From Chthonomonadales bacterium (GTDB taxonomy: Bacteria; Armatimonadota; Chthonomonadetes; Chthonomonadales; CAJBBX01), in contig JBMFSQ010000019.1 of the NCBI GenBank assembly GCA_049967475.1, forward strand, positions 2,679 through 66,678: a stretch of 64,000 nt of DNA, read 5' to 3'. Position 1 is the first letter of the stretch. Every line of letters starts with the position of its first letter. The position numbers were made by a program, and so were the translations under genes. The notes under the pieces are model-generated. The model saw nothing but the letters and a program-made list of their open reading frames with translations. It was not told where the DNA came from and searched no databases. Of the stretch, positions 1 to 9,203 are shown piece by piece.

Positions 1-153
1 CTTCAAAACAGACACCGGCGGTGTAAAGGAGGATTCCGCCGGGGATTGCCTGCGTCCGCGCAACCGCCAGCGAACCGCTGCGACGAGGCACAGGGTCCAA
101 TACACGCAGGCTGCCCCGACGGCACTTCCGAGGATGAAGATGAAGGCGGCCAT
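1..153 (-). CDS. Partial (5' end only) membrane-anchored glycosyltransferase-like ORF running off the window edge
   Basis: Not in the ORF track because fewer than 60 aa lie inside the window. My own translation of the minus strand from the ATG at 153-151 gives MAAFIFILGSAVGAACVYWTLCLVAAVRWRLRGRRQSPAESSFTPPVSVLK. That is one TM helix, a basic stretch, then a PxVSVLKP-type start that I associate with family 2/21 glycosyltransferases. The frame stays open to position 1. Confidence 0.3.
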   Translation of the reverse strand, partial: MAAFIFILGSAVGAACVYWTLCLVAAVRWRLRGRRQSPAESSFTPPVSVLK

Positions 154-234
154 CCGGCTATACCCGAGTTGCCCGGCTGGAGCGGCTGGGGACCATAGGT
201 CTGCACGGGGCTGCCTGGCTGCAAGGCCTGATCA

Positions 235-657
235 TTACCCGCCCTTGCCTACAACAATGACTCCAAGCACGATGATGCCGGCACCGATCCATCGTGTAGG
301 GCTCACCGGCTCATGAAGAAAGAAGCGCGCGAATACCGCAACAAAGAGGTAGCTGAGGCCGGTGAAGGGCAGAACAAAGCTGATATCCGCCTGGGAGAGG
401 GCAAAAGAGTAGAGGCCAAAATAGACCGCCATGAGTGCCACACCCACCAGCACATGCCAATTGGTAGCCGCAGCGAGCACGAAGCCAAAACCTCCGTGGT
501 TCCCTTCGCCTACAGCCTTCATGCCTGCGCGCAGAAGCGTCTCACCCATGGACACGCTCAGCGTCGCCAATAGGATCACAAGAATGACATTCAACCTGGG
601 CCTTCCCTTCGCACGCGCACGTGTGTCGTAAAGCAACTCCCCCGGGAGAGGTTCCAT
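235..657 (-). CDS. Small EamA/SMR-like (DMT superfamily) membrane protein, ArnE/ArnF-like size
   Basis: 140-aa ORF with about 4 hydrophobic helices (ILVILLATLSVSMGETLL, WHVLVGVALMAVYFGLYSFAL, SFVLPFTGLSYLFVAVFARFFL, WIGAGIIVLGVIVV). The pattern is typical of half-size EamA transporters. Confidence 0.6.
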   Translation of the reverse strand: MEPLPGELLYDTRARAKGRPRLNVILVILLATLSVSMGETLLRAGMKAVGEGNHGGFGFVLAAATNWHVLVGVALMAVYFGLYSFALSQADISFVLPFTGLSYLFVAVFARFFLHEPVSPTRWIGAGIIVLGVIVVGKGG

Positions 658-886
658 TGCACCCTATCACCATTGTGGAAGCGAGGTTGCCATCAGTATG
701 GCATACAGATGGGCCGGCCTCCAAAACCATGATACGCACGTGCCGGGTACGGACGCTTTAACCGCAGCCACGGCATGCGCCGGCGGGGGCCGCGGCTTCA
801 GGTACAATTCAGATACGCTCTAGGGCACACGCTGCCCACTGCGCCTCCACGTGGCAGCAGCGTGCATCCACCTCGCAGATGCAGCC

Positions 887-2035
887 ATGACCCGTCGCCT
901 CTGGGCAGAAGTAGATTTGCGCGCCATCCGCAGCAATGTGCGCACGGTGGCGCGGTATGTGCATCCCGCAGCCGTCATGGCCATCGTGAAGGCCAACGCC
1001 TACGGCCACGGGATGTTGGACGTGTCCGCTGCGTGTGTTGCCGCGGGAGCGCAATGGCTGGGCGTAGCCACGGCGTCCGAAGGGCTTAGCCTTCGCGCTG
1101 CCTTTCCCCAGGTACCCATCGCCCTCACAGCGCCGTTCCTCGCAGAAGAAGCGCATGCCATAGTGGCCGGCAGACTTACACCCTTTGTGAGCGACTTAGC
1201 CCAGGCTCAATCCCTCAGCGACGCCGCCGCAAGACTGGGCGCAGTTGCCGCCATTCACCTGGAAGTGGACACCAGCCTTGCCCGCAGTGGCGTAGACCCT
1301 GAAGAAGCGGCCGAAGTGGCGCAAAGCATCGCCGCTCTGCCTGGAATTCGCCTCGAAGGATTGTGCACCCACTTTGCCTGTGCCGATGAGGATCTTGCCT
1401 CGACTCGGCGTGAGCTGGCCTGCTTCGCCGCGATCCGCCGGAAGCTCGCCGATGCGGGTATGCGCATCTCCGTTGCGCACTGCGCTGCCAGCGCGGCTCT
1501 AGTAGGGCTTCCATCATCACGGATGGACCTAGTGCGACCCGGTTTGCTCATTTACGGCATCCGCCCTGCGATCGCCACGCAAGTACAAATCCCGCCGGTA
1601 ACTCCTGCGTTGAGCCTCAAGAGCACCGTGGCCCTCATCCGCACGGTTCCCGCCGGTAGAGGCGTAAGCTACGGGCATACGCACACCCTCCGGCGCACAA
1701 GCCGCCTCGCTACAATCCCAGTAGGATATGGCGACGGGTATCCTCGTGCCCTCAGCAACCGGGGATGCGTCCTCATTGCGGGCCGGCGCGCGCCGATCCT
1801 CGGCCGTGTGTGCATGGACGTTACGGTTGTAGACGTCACCGACATACCCGAGGCCCAGGTGGGCGCCGAGGTGGTGCTCATCGGCAAGCAGCGCAGCGAG
1901 TGCATCACCGTGGAAGAGGTCGCCCGCATGGCAGGCACAACCGTACATGATATCACTACCCGGCTAACGGACCGCGTAGACCGCGTCTATCTCGACGCCG
2001 GTGCTGGTTCAAACGACGAGCCCGAACGGCTGTGA
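887..2035 (+). CDS. alr: Alanine racemase
   Basis: PLP-lysine motif region AIVKANAYGHG, a C-terminal VCMD motif, and typical length. I place the start at the ATG at 887 (MTRRLWAEVDL). The ORF track begins at a GTG at 851. Confidence 0.9.
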   Translation: MTRRLWAEVDLRAIRSNVRTVARYVHPAAVMAIVKANAYGHGMLDVSAACVAAGAQWLGVATASEGLSLRAAFPQVPIALTAPFLAEEAHAIVAGRLTPFVSDLAQAQSLSDAAARLGAVAAIHLEVDTSLARSGVDPEEAAEVAQSIAALPGIRLEGLCTHFACADEDLASTRRELACFAAIRRKLADAGMRISVAHCAASAALVGLPSSRMDLVRPGLLIYGIRPAIATQVQIPPVTPALSLKSTVALIRTVPAGRGVSYGHTHTLRRTSRLATIPVGYGDGYPRALSNRGCVLIAGRRAPILGRVCMDVTVVDVTDIPEAQVGAEVVLIGKQRSECITVEEVARMAGTTVHDITTRLTDRVDRVYLDAGAGSNDEPERL

Positions 2036-3297
2036 AGCGGCGTGCGATCCAGCGTGATGCCGTTCAGCACCAGCGCTGCCACCTTGCCGGCGTGGGCAAC
2101 CTCGATGTCCTCGGGAACCTTCTGGCCGGTGGTGAGGTAACTCAGGTCCATCCCGGAACGGGCGGCAACCGTGAAGAGGGTTCCGTAGGTTACCGTTTCG
2201 TCCAGTTTGGTAAAGAGAAGGCGTTCTATCTTGTCGGCTCCGAAGCGCTTCATTTGGTGCTCCATGTCTTCGAGCTTCGTAGACGCCGAAAGAACAAGGT
2301 GCGCCTCGCAACGGCTCAACTCGAGCAGTTGGCGGAGTTCCTCCATATGGAGCGAGTGCTTCTGGCTCCGGCCGGCCGTGTCTATCAACACCAATTCGCA
2401 CGCAGCGAGCTTCTGAAGCATGCCCGGCACTTCGTCGAGGGTATAGGCAACCTGAAGAGGAAGCCCCATGATGTTGGCGTAGGTCTTGAGTTGCTCCACG
2501 GCAGCCACGCGGTAGGTGTCTACGGTAAGGAAGCCCACGCGCCGCTTCTCCACCACCGCATAATGGGCAGCGAGTTTGGCGATGGTGGTCGTTTTGCCCA
2601 CACCGGTAGGTCCCACCAATGCAACCCGCTTGTGCCCTCCCGCCTCCACTCTGATGGGCCCTGCCGCGTGCACGTATTCCGCCATGATCTCTCGCAAAGC
2701 CGGGATGGCCACAGCTTCCCGCGCCTCGGGAGACCAGGCATTCAGATCCGGCAGGCGCTCTACCAGCTCAGCGGCCAACGGGGGATCCACGCCGGCCTGG
2801 CAAAGTTGGCGGCAAAGTTGTGCGCTTAAGGAAGCGGCTTGCACCTCGGACGCAGCCGAGGGGTTTAGTGCGGCTCGTTGCAGCGTGTCCACCCGGGATC
2901 GCAGGCCTTCCAGCTCTCGCCGCAGCGCAGCTACCTCGCCCGCCGGGTCCCCTTGCGTGCCGATTTGCGGGCGCATCCCAGAACTCCTTAGGCCGGCCTC
3001 CAGCGTAAAGGTCTGGCTGCGTGCCGCAGGCGCCGCGTTTTCGCGACGGGGCAGATCTCCTGCGGGACGTTGGGCGCCTGCCGACGCCGGATGATTCGCT
3101 TCGTGCCCACGCTCCTCACCAGCCAACACGATGCCCGTTGCTGCTATGATGCGCACGGCGTCTCGCCCGCCCAATCCCATCATTCCGCCCTTCTTCAGCT
3201 TCTGCGTCTCCAGGATCACGGCCTCCGGCCCCAGATCTTCCCGGATGCGGTTGAGGCATTCTCGAAGCGTGGCACCTTCAAATTCCTTGATTTTCAT
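1987..3297 (-). CDS. flhF: Flagellar biosynthesis GTPase FlhF (SRP-type)
   Basis: SRP-GTPase motifs GPTGVGKTTTIAKLA and DTAGR, with TKLDE near the C-terminus. An ATGA overlap joins it to the flhA stop (3294-3297). Confidence 0.9.
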   Translation of the reverse strand: MKIKEFEGATLRECLNRIREDLGPEAVILETQKLKKGGMMGLGGRDAVRIIAATGIVLAGEERGHEANHPASAGAQRPAGDLPRRENAAPAARSQTFTLEAGLRSSGMRPQIGTQGDPAGEVAALRRELEGLRSRVDTLQRAALNPSAASEVQAASLSAQLCRQLCQAGVDPPLAAELVERLPDLNAWSPEAREAVAIPALREIMAEYVHAAGPIRVEAGGHKRVALVGPTGVGKTTTIAKLAAHYAVVEKRRVGFLTVDTYRVAAVEQLKTYANIMGLPLQVAYTLDEVPGMLQKLAACELVLIDTAGRSQKHSLHMEELRQLLELSRCEAHLVLSASTKLEDMEHQMKRFGADKIERLLFTKLDETVTYGTLFTVAARSGMDLSYLTTGQKVPEDIEVAHAGKVAALVLNGITLDRTPLHSRSGSSFEPAPASR

Positions 3298-5399
3298 GCC
3301 GCCATCTCCGTAAGCGCAGGTTCATGCAGCGTTACCGTTCCCAGGGATCGCACTTCCATCCTGGGCACAATCTCGTTGTATGCCATAAGCACCAGATGCG
3401 GCAGACTGCGTTCCGTAAGGCGGCGCAGCGCCAGCCGTATCTGGGACGAGCAAAGCAGCACCGGCGTGTACCCCAAATCGGTTACGCGCTCCACCTGGGC
3501 CGAGAGCGCCTTCACCAACTCTGTGGCCGTCCGCGGATCTATCGCCAGAGCCACACCCGTCGGAGTAGTTTGGACCGCCTCGCGCAGTTGCTGCTCCAGC
3601 GCCCCGTCCAACGTGAGAACGTGAAGAACGCCGGCTCCGTCCGCGTGCTGTTTGCAGATCTGCCGGGCAAGTGCAGCACGTACGTATTCGGTAAGCTGAT
3701 CCACATCCTTTGTGCGGGGAGCCCAGTCGGCCAACGTCTCCAGGATGGTGCCCAGATCGCGGATGGACACCCCTTCCCGCAACAGGTTCTGCAACACCTT
3801 CTGCACCTCGCCCAGCGTCATGAGGTTCGGAATAAGCTCCTCCACCGTAGCCTTGTACTGCTCCTTGATGCGGTCCACGAGGGATTGCACCTCCTGCCGG
3901 GTGAGCAACTCGTGGGCGTATTGTTTGATGATTGCAGTAAGGTGCGTGATGAGGACGCTGGAGGGCTCCGCTACGATGTATCCGCCCATCTCCGCCTGTT
4001 CCCTTGCCGCTTTCGGGATCCATAGAGCGGGGCTTCCAAACGCCGGCTCCTGCGTCTCGATCCCGGTAATGGGCGCCGTTACACCCCCGGCGTCTATGGC
4101 CAACAGATGGTTGGGCATCAGCTCGTGGAGGGCGACGACTTGATCCCGGATTTTGATGGCGTATTGGTTCGCGCCGAGCTGCAGATTGTCCCGGATGCGC
4201 ACCATGGGAAGCACAATTCCCAATTCAACAGCGATTTGCCTGCGGGCTCCCGCCACACGCTCGGCGAGGTCGCCGCCCTCCTCTGGGATGGCAAGGGACA
4301 CGAGGTTGGCGCCCAGCTCCACAAGCAGAGGATCTACTGCAAGCAGCCGGAGCGGATCATCGGCTCCCTGTGCCTTCTTCTGTGTGGCGGCCCGGGCGGC
4401 CGATTGCGCCGATGCCGCTTGACGCTGCTCCACGCGGTAAACGCTCCAGGCACCCGCCGCGGCAATCCCGCCCACAATGAGGATAGGGATCTTGGGAAAA
4501 CCCGGGACGAAGAAGAGGGCCGCAAGCAGCGCCGCCGCCAGCATGAGGGGCTTCGAACGAGCGAAGATTTGGCTCACGAAATCGTGGCCCATGTTCGCTT
4601 CCGACGCCGCCCGCGTCACCATCAAGCCTGTGGCCGTGGAAATGAGAAGCGCGGGTATCTGGCTCACCAATCCCTCGCCCACAGTGAGCAACGTGTAGGT
4701 GCGCAGGATGGTGAGGGCGTCGGACTGCCCGTTCAGCATCCCGATGGCAAAACCGCCTACGATGTTGATGATGATGATCAGCACTGCCGCAACGGCATCG
4801 CCGCGAACGAACTTTGAGGCGCCGTCCATGGCCCCATAGAAATCCGCCTCGGCCTCGATCTGCTTGCGCCGAGCACGCGCCTCCGCTTCGGTTATCAGCC
4901 CGGCGTTCAGGTCTGCATCTATGGACATCTGTTTGCCGGGCATGGCGTCCAGCGTGAAGCGGGCCGCCACTTCGGCCACGCGCCCAGCTCCATTCGTGAT
5001 GACTACAAACTGGATCACCACGAGGATCAGGAAGGCGATAACGCCCACCACGAAGTTGCCTCCGAGGACTACATTGCCGAAGGCATCAATCACATGTCCG
5101 GCAGCACCCGTGGCAAGGATCAGCTTCGTAGCCGCGATGTTGAGGGCCAAGCGAAACAGGGTAGTTACCAGCAACAGGGAAGGGAAAACGCTGAACTGCA
5201 GGGGCTCCGTGGCGTAGAGGGTCACCATCACGATTACTACAGCCGCGGTGAGGTTCGTGACGATGCAAAAATCCAGCAGCCAGTCCGGTATGGGCACGAT
5301 GAGCATCCCCACGATCACGAGGATGGCCGCGGCCATTACAACGTCACTATACCGGAAGCCTTTGGCAGGTGAAGCGACAGACGATGCGGGCACAGCCAC
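3294..5399 (-). CDS. flhA: Flagellar type III export gate protein FlhA
   Basis: 701 aa with a polytopic N-terminal domain (FGNVVLGGNFVVG, KFVRGDA) and a large cytoplasmic C-terminal domain, the FHIPEP family pattern. GTG start. Confidence 0.95.
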   Translation of the reverse strand: MAVPASSVASPAKGFRYSDVVMAAAILVIVGMLIVPIPDWLLDFCIVTNLTAAVVIVMVTLYATEPLQFSVFPSLLLVTTLFRLALNIAATKLILATGAAGHVIDAFGNVVLGGNFVVGVIAFLILVVIQFVVITNGAGRVAEVAARFTLDAMPGKQMSIDADLNAGLITEAEARARRKQIEAEADFYGAMDGASKFVRGDAVAAVLIIIINIVGGFAIGMLNGQSDALTILRTYTLLTVGEGLVSQIPALLISTATGLMVTRAASEANMGHDFVSQIFARSKPLMLAAALLAALFFVPGFPKIPILIVGGIAAAGAWSVYRVEQRQAASAQSAARAATQKKAQGADDPLRLLAVDPLLVELGANLVSLAIPEEGGDLAERVAGARRQIAVELGIVLPMVRIRDNLQLGANQYAIKIRDQVVALHELMPNHLLAIDAGGVTAPITGIETQEPAFGSPALWIPKAAREQAEMGGYIVAEPSSVLITHLTAIIKQYAHELLTRQEVQSLVDRIKEQYKATVEELIPNLMTLGEVQKVLQNLLREGVSIRDLGTILETLADWAPRTKDVDQLTEYVRAALARQICKQHADGAGVLHVLTLDGALEQQLREAVQTTPTGVALAIDPRTATELVKALSAQVERVTDLGYTPVLLCSSQIRLALRRLTERSLPHLVLMAYNEIVPRMEVRSLGTVTLHEPALTEMAA

Positions 5400-5830
5400 A
5401 GGGCGTACACTCCCAGGAATGCACTCGGCATCCGTGCCGCATGGGATCCCCCGCCGGCCTCAGGTTCCCTGCTGCAGGGAGGCCGGCATCCCATTCCATT
5501 CTCGGTAAGGCATCCCGGTAAGTTTAGGGGGAACCACGCCCTAGGAAGGCGTGTCTAGGACAACCACAGGCCGGCCGATAACGACCGGAAAAGCGCAAAC
5601 GCAGGCGAATTGGCGGCGTCTTTCCGGCGCGACCGGCGACGTCCCTGTCCCGCCTGTATCGAAACGGCAGACGCTCTGCGTCGTGCTCGACGCGGACCGC
5701 GCCTACCGGATGCATTATCGGACGCCGCCGCGAGGCGCCCTCCATAGTGCGACACCGGCCGAGCCGTGGCGGCGCTTCGTCCTCAAGGAGGGCGTCAGCG
5801 AACGCAAAGCGAGTGCGCGGCGTGTGAAGG

Positions 5831-6283
5831 CTATCCCACGCGCTCCAAGCAGCGGACAGGCGTTGGTTTGGACACCTCCCGCAGCATTTCACGGACACTG
5901 TCGCCGCAGCAATTCTCCGCGATATCCGCCTGTGACACGATGCCGCACATGGCCCCATGCTCATCTACTACCGGCACCCGGCGGATGCGGTGTTGTGCCA
6001 TGGTTTTGCAGCACTCTTCCAGCGATGCGCAAGGCGTAACCGTGATCGCAGGGCGCGACATGCAATCCCGGGCTTCTTTCTCCAGCGGGTTTAGCCCGTC
6101 GGCAAGGATGCGTACCACAATATCTCGATCCGTTACGATGCCTACCAGCTTGAGTGTAAACAGGCTCTCCACTACAGGGATGGCGCCGCAATCATGCTGC
6201 ACCATCAACCGCGCAACATCCGCGAGCTTCGTGTCCGGCGTGCAGCAGGCGGGGTGACGCGTCATAATCTCGTGAACCTGCAT
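5831..6283 (-). CDS. CBS-pair domain protein, cysteine-rich
   Basis: 150 aa with two CBS repeats (IPVV...GIVTDRDIV and VPVVDEHGAMCGIVSQADI). SD GAGGGAG lies upstream of the ATG at 6283. Confidence 0.85.
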   Translation of the reverse strand: MQVHEIMTRHPACCTPDTKLADVARLMVQHDCGAIPVVESLFTLKLVGIVTDRDIVVRILADGLNPLEKEARDCMSRPAITVTPCASLEECCKTMAQHRIRRVPVVDEHGAMCGIVSQADIAENCCGDSVREMLREVSKPTPVRCLERVG

Positions 6284-6347
6284 CGTTGTCTCCCTCGACC
6301 ACCAAACAGATTACCGTGCCTCCGTCGTGGAGGGTCCGGTATTCGTG

Positions 6348-6376
6348 ATTATATTCACGAGCATCATTTACCAGAA
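6348..6376 (-). promoter_or_regulatory. Candidate sigma-70-type promoter for the CBS gene (TTCTGG-N17-TATAAT)
   Basis: A perfect TATAAT on the minus strand (plus-strand attata at 6348-6353) sits in a locally AT-rich patch about 65 nt upstream of the CBS start. The -35 is weak (TTCTGG; plus-strand ccagaa at 6371-6376). Confidence 0.25.
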
Positions 6377-6427
6377 CGCCGGCGCCCCTGCAAGCGGAAT
6401 TATGTACCGAAGCCCCGTTCCGCAGTA

Positions 6428-7393
6428 CTATAACGCCGAAGGCAAATCGAGACCCAGTTCCGGAGGTTTTCGACGTGTCACCCCGAAGCAGAAGGCAGGG
6501 TTACTTGTGAAGTTCTGCACGAGCTCTACGTTCTCGAAGGCAGGTCCCCCTGGGATGGGAACTCGCCCGCCCCAATAGACACGCCTTGCATTCACGCGTG
6601 CGCGCACGTCCTGCCGCCAGTTTCCTCGTTCCATGCGCCAGTACTGGGTCACGGGAAATGAGCCCCGGTAAGCCCACCACGGCGCGCGGACATCCGGGGG
6701 AACGGCGCCGGGATCTGCTTCATTTGGGGTTGCCGCAAGGATCAGATCGCCGTACCTGTTCCGAGGGATGCGGTCTGAGGGAATGAAGGCATCGGGTGAG
6801 AACCCATCCGCCCAGAACGCCGGCCATAGGTTCTGGGGCATCACCACCCGATCCCTAAGCCACAGGCACCGCAGCCGCTCATAGTTTCCCATCGTTGCGG
6901 TAAGAATGCAAAACTCCATGGCCGCGCTCTTATCCCCGGCGTGCGCGCTCAAACATACCTCATCGGGTGCTTCACGGCGGAATTCCATCCGTATCACGGG
7001 CTGGGCGCCGTTAAGGAAGGGTTCTACCCGCAGAGCTACCCGAAGCCGTTCCCTTCCATCGTGGGTTACGATTTCTCCGGGCGACACGCGCCGCGCGTCG
7101 TCGGTGCCGGTGCTGTAAATCATCTTCCCGGGCTGCCCATCCACACGGCTGCGTTCGAGCTCGCTGTAGCCGCGCCGGCCCTGAACGACGGGCTCGATGG
7201 CGATGAAGTTGATGAGGCCGTAGGTCCTCCCGTCATTCAGGATGGGATACCCGATGCGCAAAAGTCCTCGGGGCCCCCCGTCGCCCCCTTCGAACCCGCC
7301 CGGCCAAATCCCTACGCGAATGCCGTTGCGGAAACCCCAGATCGGGATGCCGGTGTCGGTGGCCGGCCGAACCCAAACCGCTTCGCTCATCAC
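6428..7393 (-). CDS. Hypothetical cytoplasmic protein (about 320 aa), translationally coupled to the mgtC-like gene
   Basis: Long ORF with no recognisable motif and no signal peptide. Its ATG at 7390-7388 shares one base with the upstream TGA (minus-strand TGATG). A GTG at 7393 is an alternative start. Confidence 0.6.
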   Translation of the reverse strand: MMSEAVWVRPATDTGIPIWGFRNGIRVGIWPGGFEGGDGGPRGLLRIGYPILNDGRTYGLINFIAIEPVVQGRRGYSELERSRVDGQPGKMIYSTGTDDARRVSPGEIVTHDGRERLRVALRVEPFLNGAQPVIRMEFRREAPDEVCLSAHAGDKSAAMEFCILTATMGNYERLRCLWLRDRVVMPQNLWPAFWADGFSPDAFIPSDRIPRNRYGDLILAATPNEADPGAVPPDVRAPWWAYRGSFPVTQYWRMERGNWRQDVRARVNARRVYWGGRVPIPGGPAFENVELVQNFTSNPAFCFGVTRRKPPELGLDLPSAL

Positions 7394-8094
7394 AGGAAAC
7401 TCACAGCCACCACTCCATGCACCCCCATCAGATCCGATAGAAGAACATTCCGGTCCATTCCCGATGGGTACGTCACCTGCATCACCAATTGTCGCACGTG
7501 GGCCCGGGGACCGGTTTCGTAATCCACCGAACGCACGGCCACATGGTGGCGGGCAAGGCAGGCGAGCACTTGTGGAAGGACTTCGGGGGCGTCACTGATG
7601 TGGATGTCCAAACCGGCGGCGCCGCTCAGTTTGGTGAGCATGCGTTCCTCGAGCAGGTTGAGGGCGCTGAGAGTGAAGAGCACGATGAGGGCTGTAATCA
7701 GTGCCAGTTGCCCGTAAAAGGGCCCAGCGCCCAAGGCGATGCCGATCGCTGCAGTCGTCCAGATGGACGCCGCGGTGGTAAGGCCACGGATTGTGGCGCC
7801 CTCACGCACAATCGCTCCGGCTCCAAGGAAGCCGATGCCCACAACCACCTGGGCTGCGATGCGCCCAGGATCGGCCTTTCCTGGGAAACTGAGCCCCATG
7901 CGCACGGACACCAGGGTAATAAGCGTTGCGCCCAGGCACACGAGAATGTGCGTGCGCAGGCCGGCGGGGTGGCCGTGGAGCTCGCGTTCCAGGCCGATAG
8001 CTCCCCCCAGCGCCACGGAAAGAAGCAGCGCGAAGGTCATACCCCACACGCTCTGGGCTGGAACATGAATGCCGAACAGGACGTCGTTGTTCAT
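7390..8094 (-). CDS. MgtC/SapB family membrane protein with a C-terminal soluble (ACT-like) domain
   Basis: Motifs GGAIGLERELHGHPAGLRTHILVCLGA and GLTTAASIWTTAAIGIALG are typical of MgtC. The start overlaps the flhB stop as ATGA (8091-8094). Confidence 0.85.
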   Translation of the reverse strand: MNNDVLFGIHVPAQSVWGMTFALLLSVALGGAIGLERELHGHPAGLRTHILVCLGATLITLVSVRMGLSFPGKADPGRIAAQVVVGIGFLGAGAIVREGATIRGLTTAASIWTTAAIGIALGAGPFYGQLALITALIVLFTLSALNLLEERMLTKLSGAAGLDIHISDAPEVLPQVLACLARHHVAVRSVDYETGPRAHVRQLVMQVTYPSGMDRNVLLSDLMGVHGVVAVSFL

Positions 8095-9164
8095 CGCTGT
8101 GATGTGCGCCGCCTGCTGCTGTCCAACCGGTAGATGAATGCGAGCACTTCCGCCACGGCCGCATAGAAGGTGGAGGGGATCTCCTGGCCGATCTCTACAC
8201 TCTTAAAGAGACCCCGCGCGAGAGGCGGGTTTTCCACGATGGGCACCCCATTGGTCTCGGCCAGCTCGCGGATCTTCTGAGCGACAGCCCCGGCGCCCTT
8301 CGCCACCACCTGGGGGGCGTTCATTGCCTGGGCATCGTAGCGAAGAGCCACGGCATAGTGGGTCGGGTTCGTGATCACCACGTCGGCCTTGGGTACCTCT
8401 GCCATCATCCGCCTGCGCGCCAATTGACGCATGCGGGCGCGGATGCGTGACTTAACTTGCGGATTTCCCTCTTGGTTCTTGACCTCTTCGCGAACTTCCT
8501 GCCGCGTCATACGGATAGAACGTTCAAAGGACCAGCGCTGATAGGCATAATCCAATGCAGCCAGCACGAGCAGAAGAAGAGAGATGCGAAGAACTACGCG
8601 GAAGAGCAGCGAACCCACAACGCTCAGCATCGTTTGGACGTCTGCGCGGGAACACTGGAGCAAGTCCGCGTATCCGCCTGCGATGGTGGAATAGGCGAGC
8701 CATGCTATGACACCGATCTTCGCCAGGGACTTGGCCAGCTCTACAACTCCGCGCCCGGATAGGAAGCGGCGGGCGCCGGCCAGAGGATTGATGCGTGTAA
8801 AATCCGGAACCAAAGGCTGCCCGGAAAGAACAACCCCCGTCTGAAGCACGTTGGCTGCTACACCCAGAAAGAGGGCGATGGCGATGACGGGGCCAATCAC
8901 GCTCAGCATCAGCATGGTCGCGCGCGAGGCCAATTCCGGCAGCGTCTGAGGCGTTATGGAAGGCGCCGAGAGACCCAAGAATGAAGACCGTGTGAACACG
9001 ACGAGGCGCTGTGCGGCATTGCTGCCCGCCCAACGGATGCAGAGAAGGACCCCTACGAAAACGATCATAGACACGAGGTCCTGGCTCTTGGACACCCGTC
9101 CTTGCCGTCTCAGCTCCTGTCGCTTGCGCGGGGTTGCGGCTTCCGTTCTTTCATCCGCGGCCAT
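8091..9164 (-). CDS. flhB: Flagellar export switch protein FlhB
   Basis: N-terminal EKTEAATPRKRQELRRQG-like motif, 4 TM helices, and the autocleavage motif NPTH (VVITNPTHYAVAL). Confidence 0.95.
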   Translation of the reverse strand: MAADERTEAATPRKRQELRRQGRVSKSQDLVSMIVFVGVLLCIRWAGSNAAQRLVVFTRSSFLGLSAPSITPQTLPELASRATMLMLSVIGPVIAIALFLGVAANVLQTGVVLSGQPLVPDFTRINPLAGARRFLSGRGVVELAKSLAKIGVIAWLAYSTIAGGYADLLQCSRADVQTMLSVVGSLLFRVVLRISLLLLVLAALDYAYQRWSFERSIRMTRQEVREEVKNQEGNPQVKSRIRARMRQLARRRMMAEVPKADVVITNPTHYAVALRYDAQAMNAPQVVAKGAGAVAQKIRELAETNGVPIVENPPLARGLFKSVEIGQEIPSTFYAAVAEVLAFIYRLDSSRRRTSQR

Positions 9165-9203
9165 GGCTTCCTCTGCGGAGCGTCAACATCCAAGCACCTG
9201 CCG

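Noticed and set aside
3-224. A 73-aa minus-strand ORF at the left edge.
   Set aside because: Its Pro/Ser/Gly-rich sequence has no features. A different minus frame (153-1) gives a plausible TM helix plus a glycosyltransferase-like start.
5801-5810. The ACGCAAAGC string, reminiscent of the conserved core of a c-di-GMP-I (GEMM) riboswitch.
   Set aside because: It lies on the plus strand with no downstream plus-strand gene. No paired GGCAAACC/GNRA-tetraloop-receptor elements occur at the right distance; the nearest GCAAAC is about 200 nt away. An Infernal scan would settle it.
5524-5964. A 146-aa minus-strand ORF, and overlapping ORFs 5551-6039 (+) and 5555-5755 (-), in the flhA upstream gap.
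   Set aside because: They are Arg-rich, they overlap the 3' end of the well-supported CBS gene, and they have no SD or family motif. I treat the region as non-coding.
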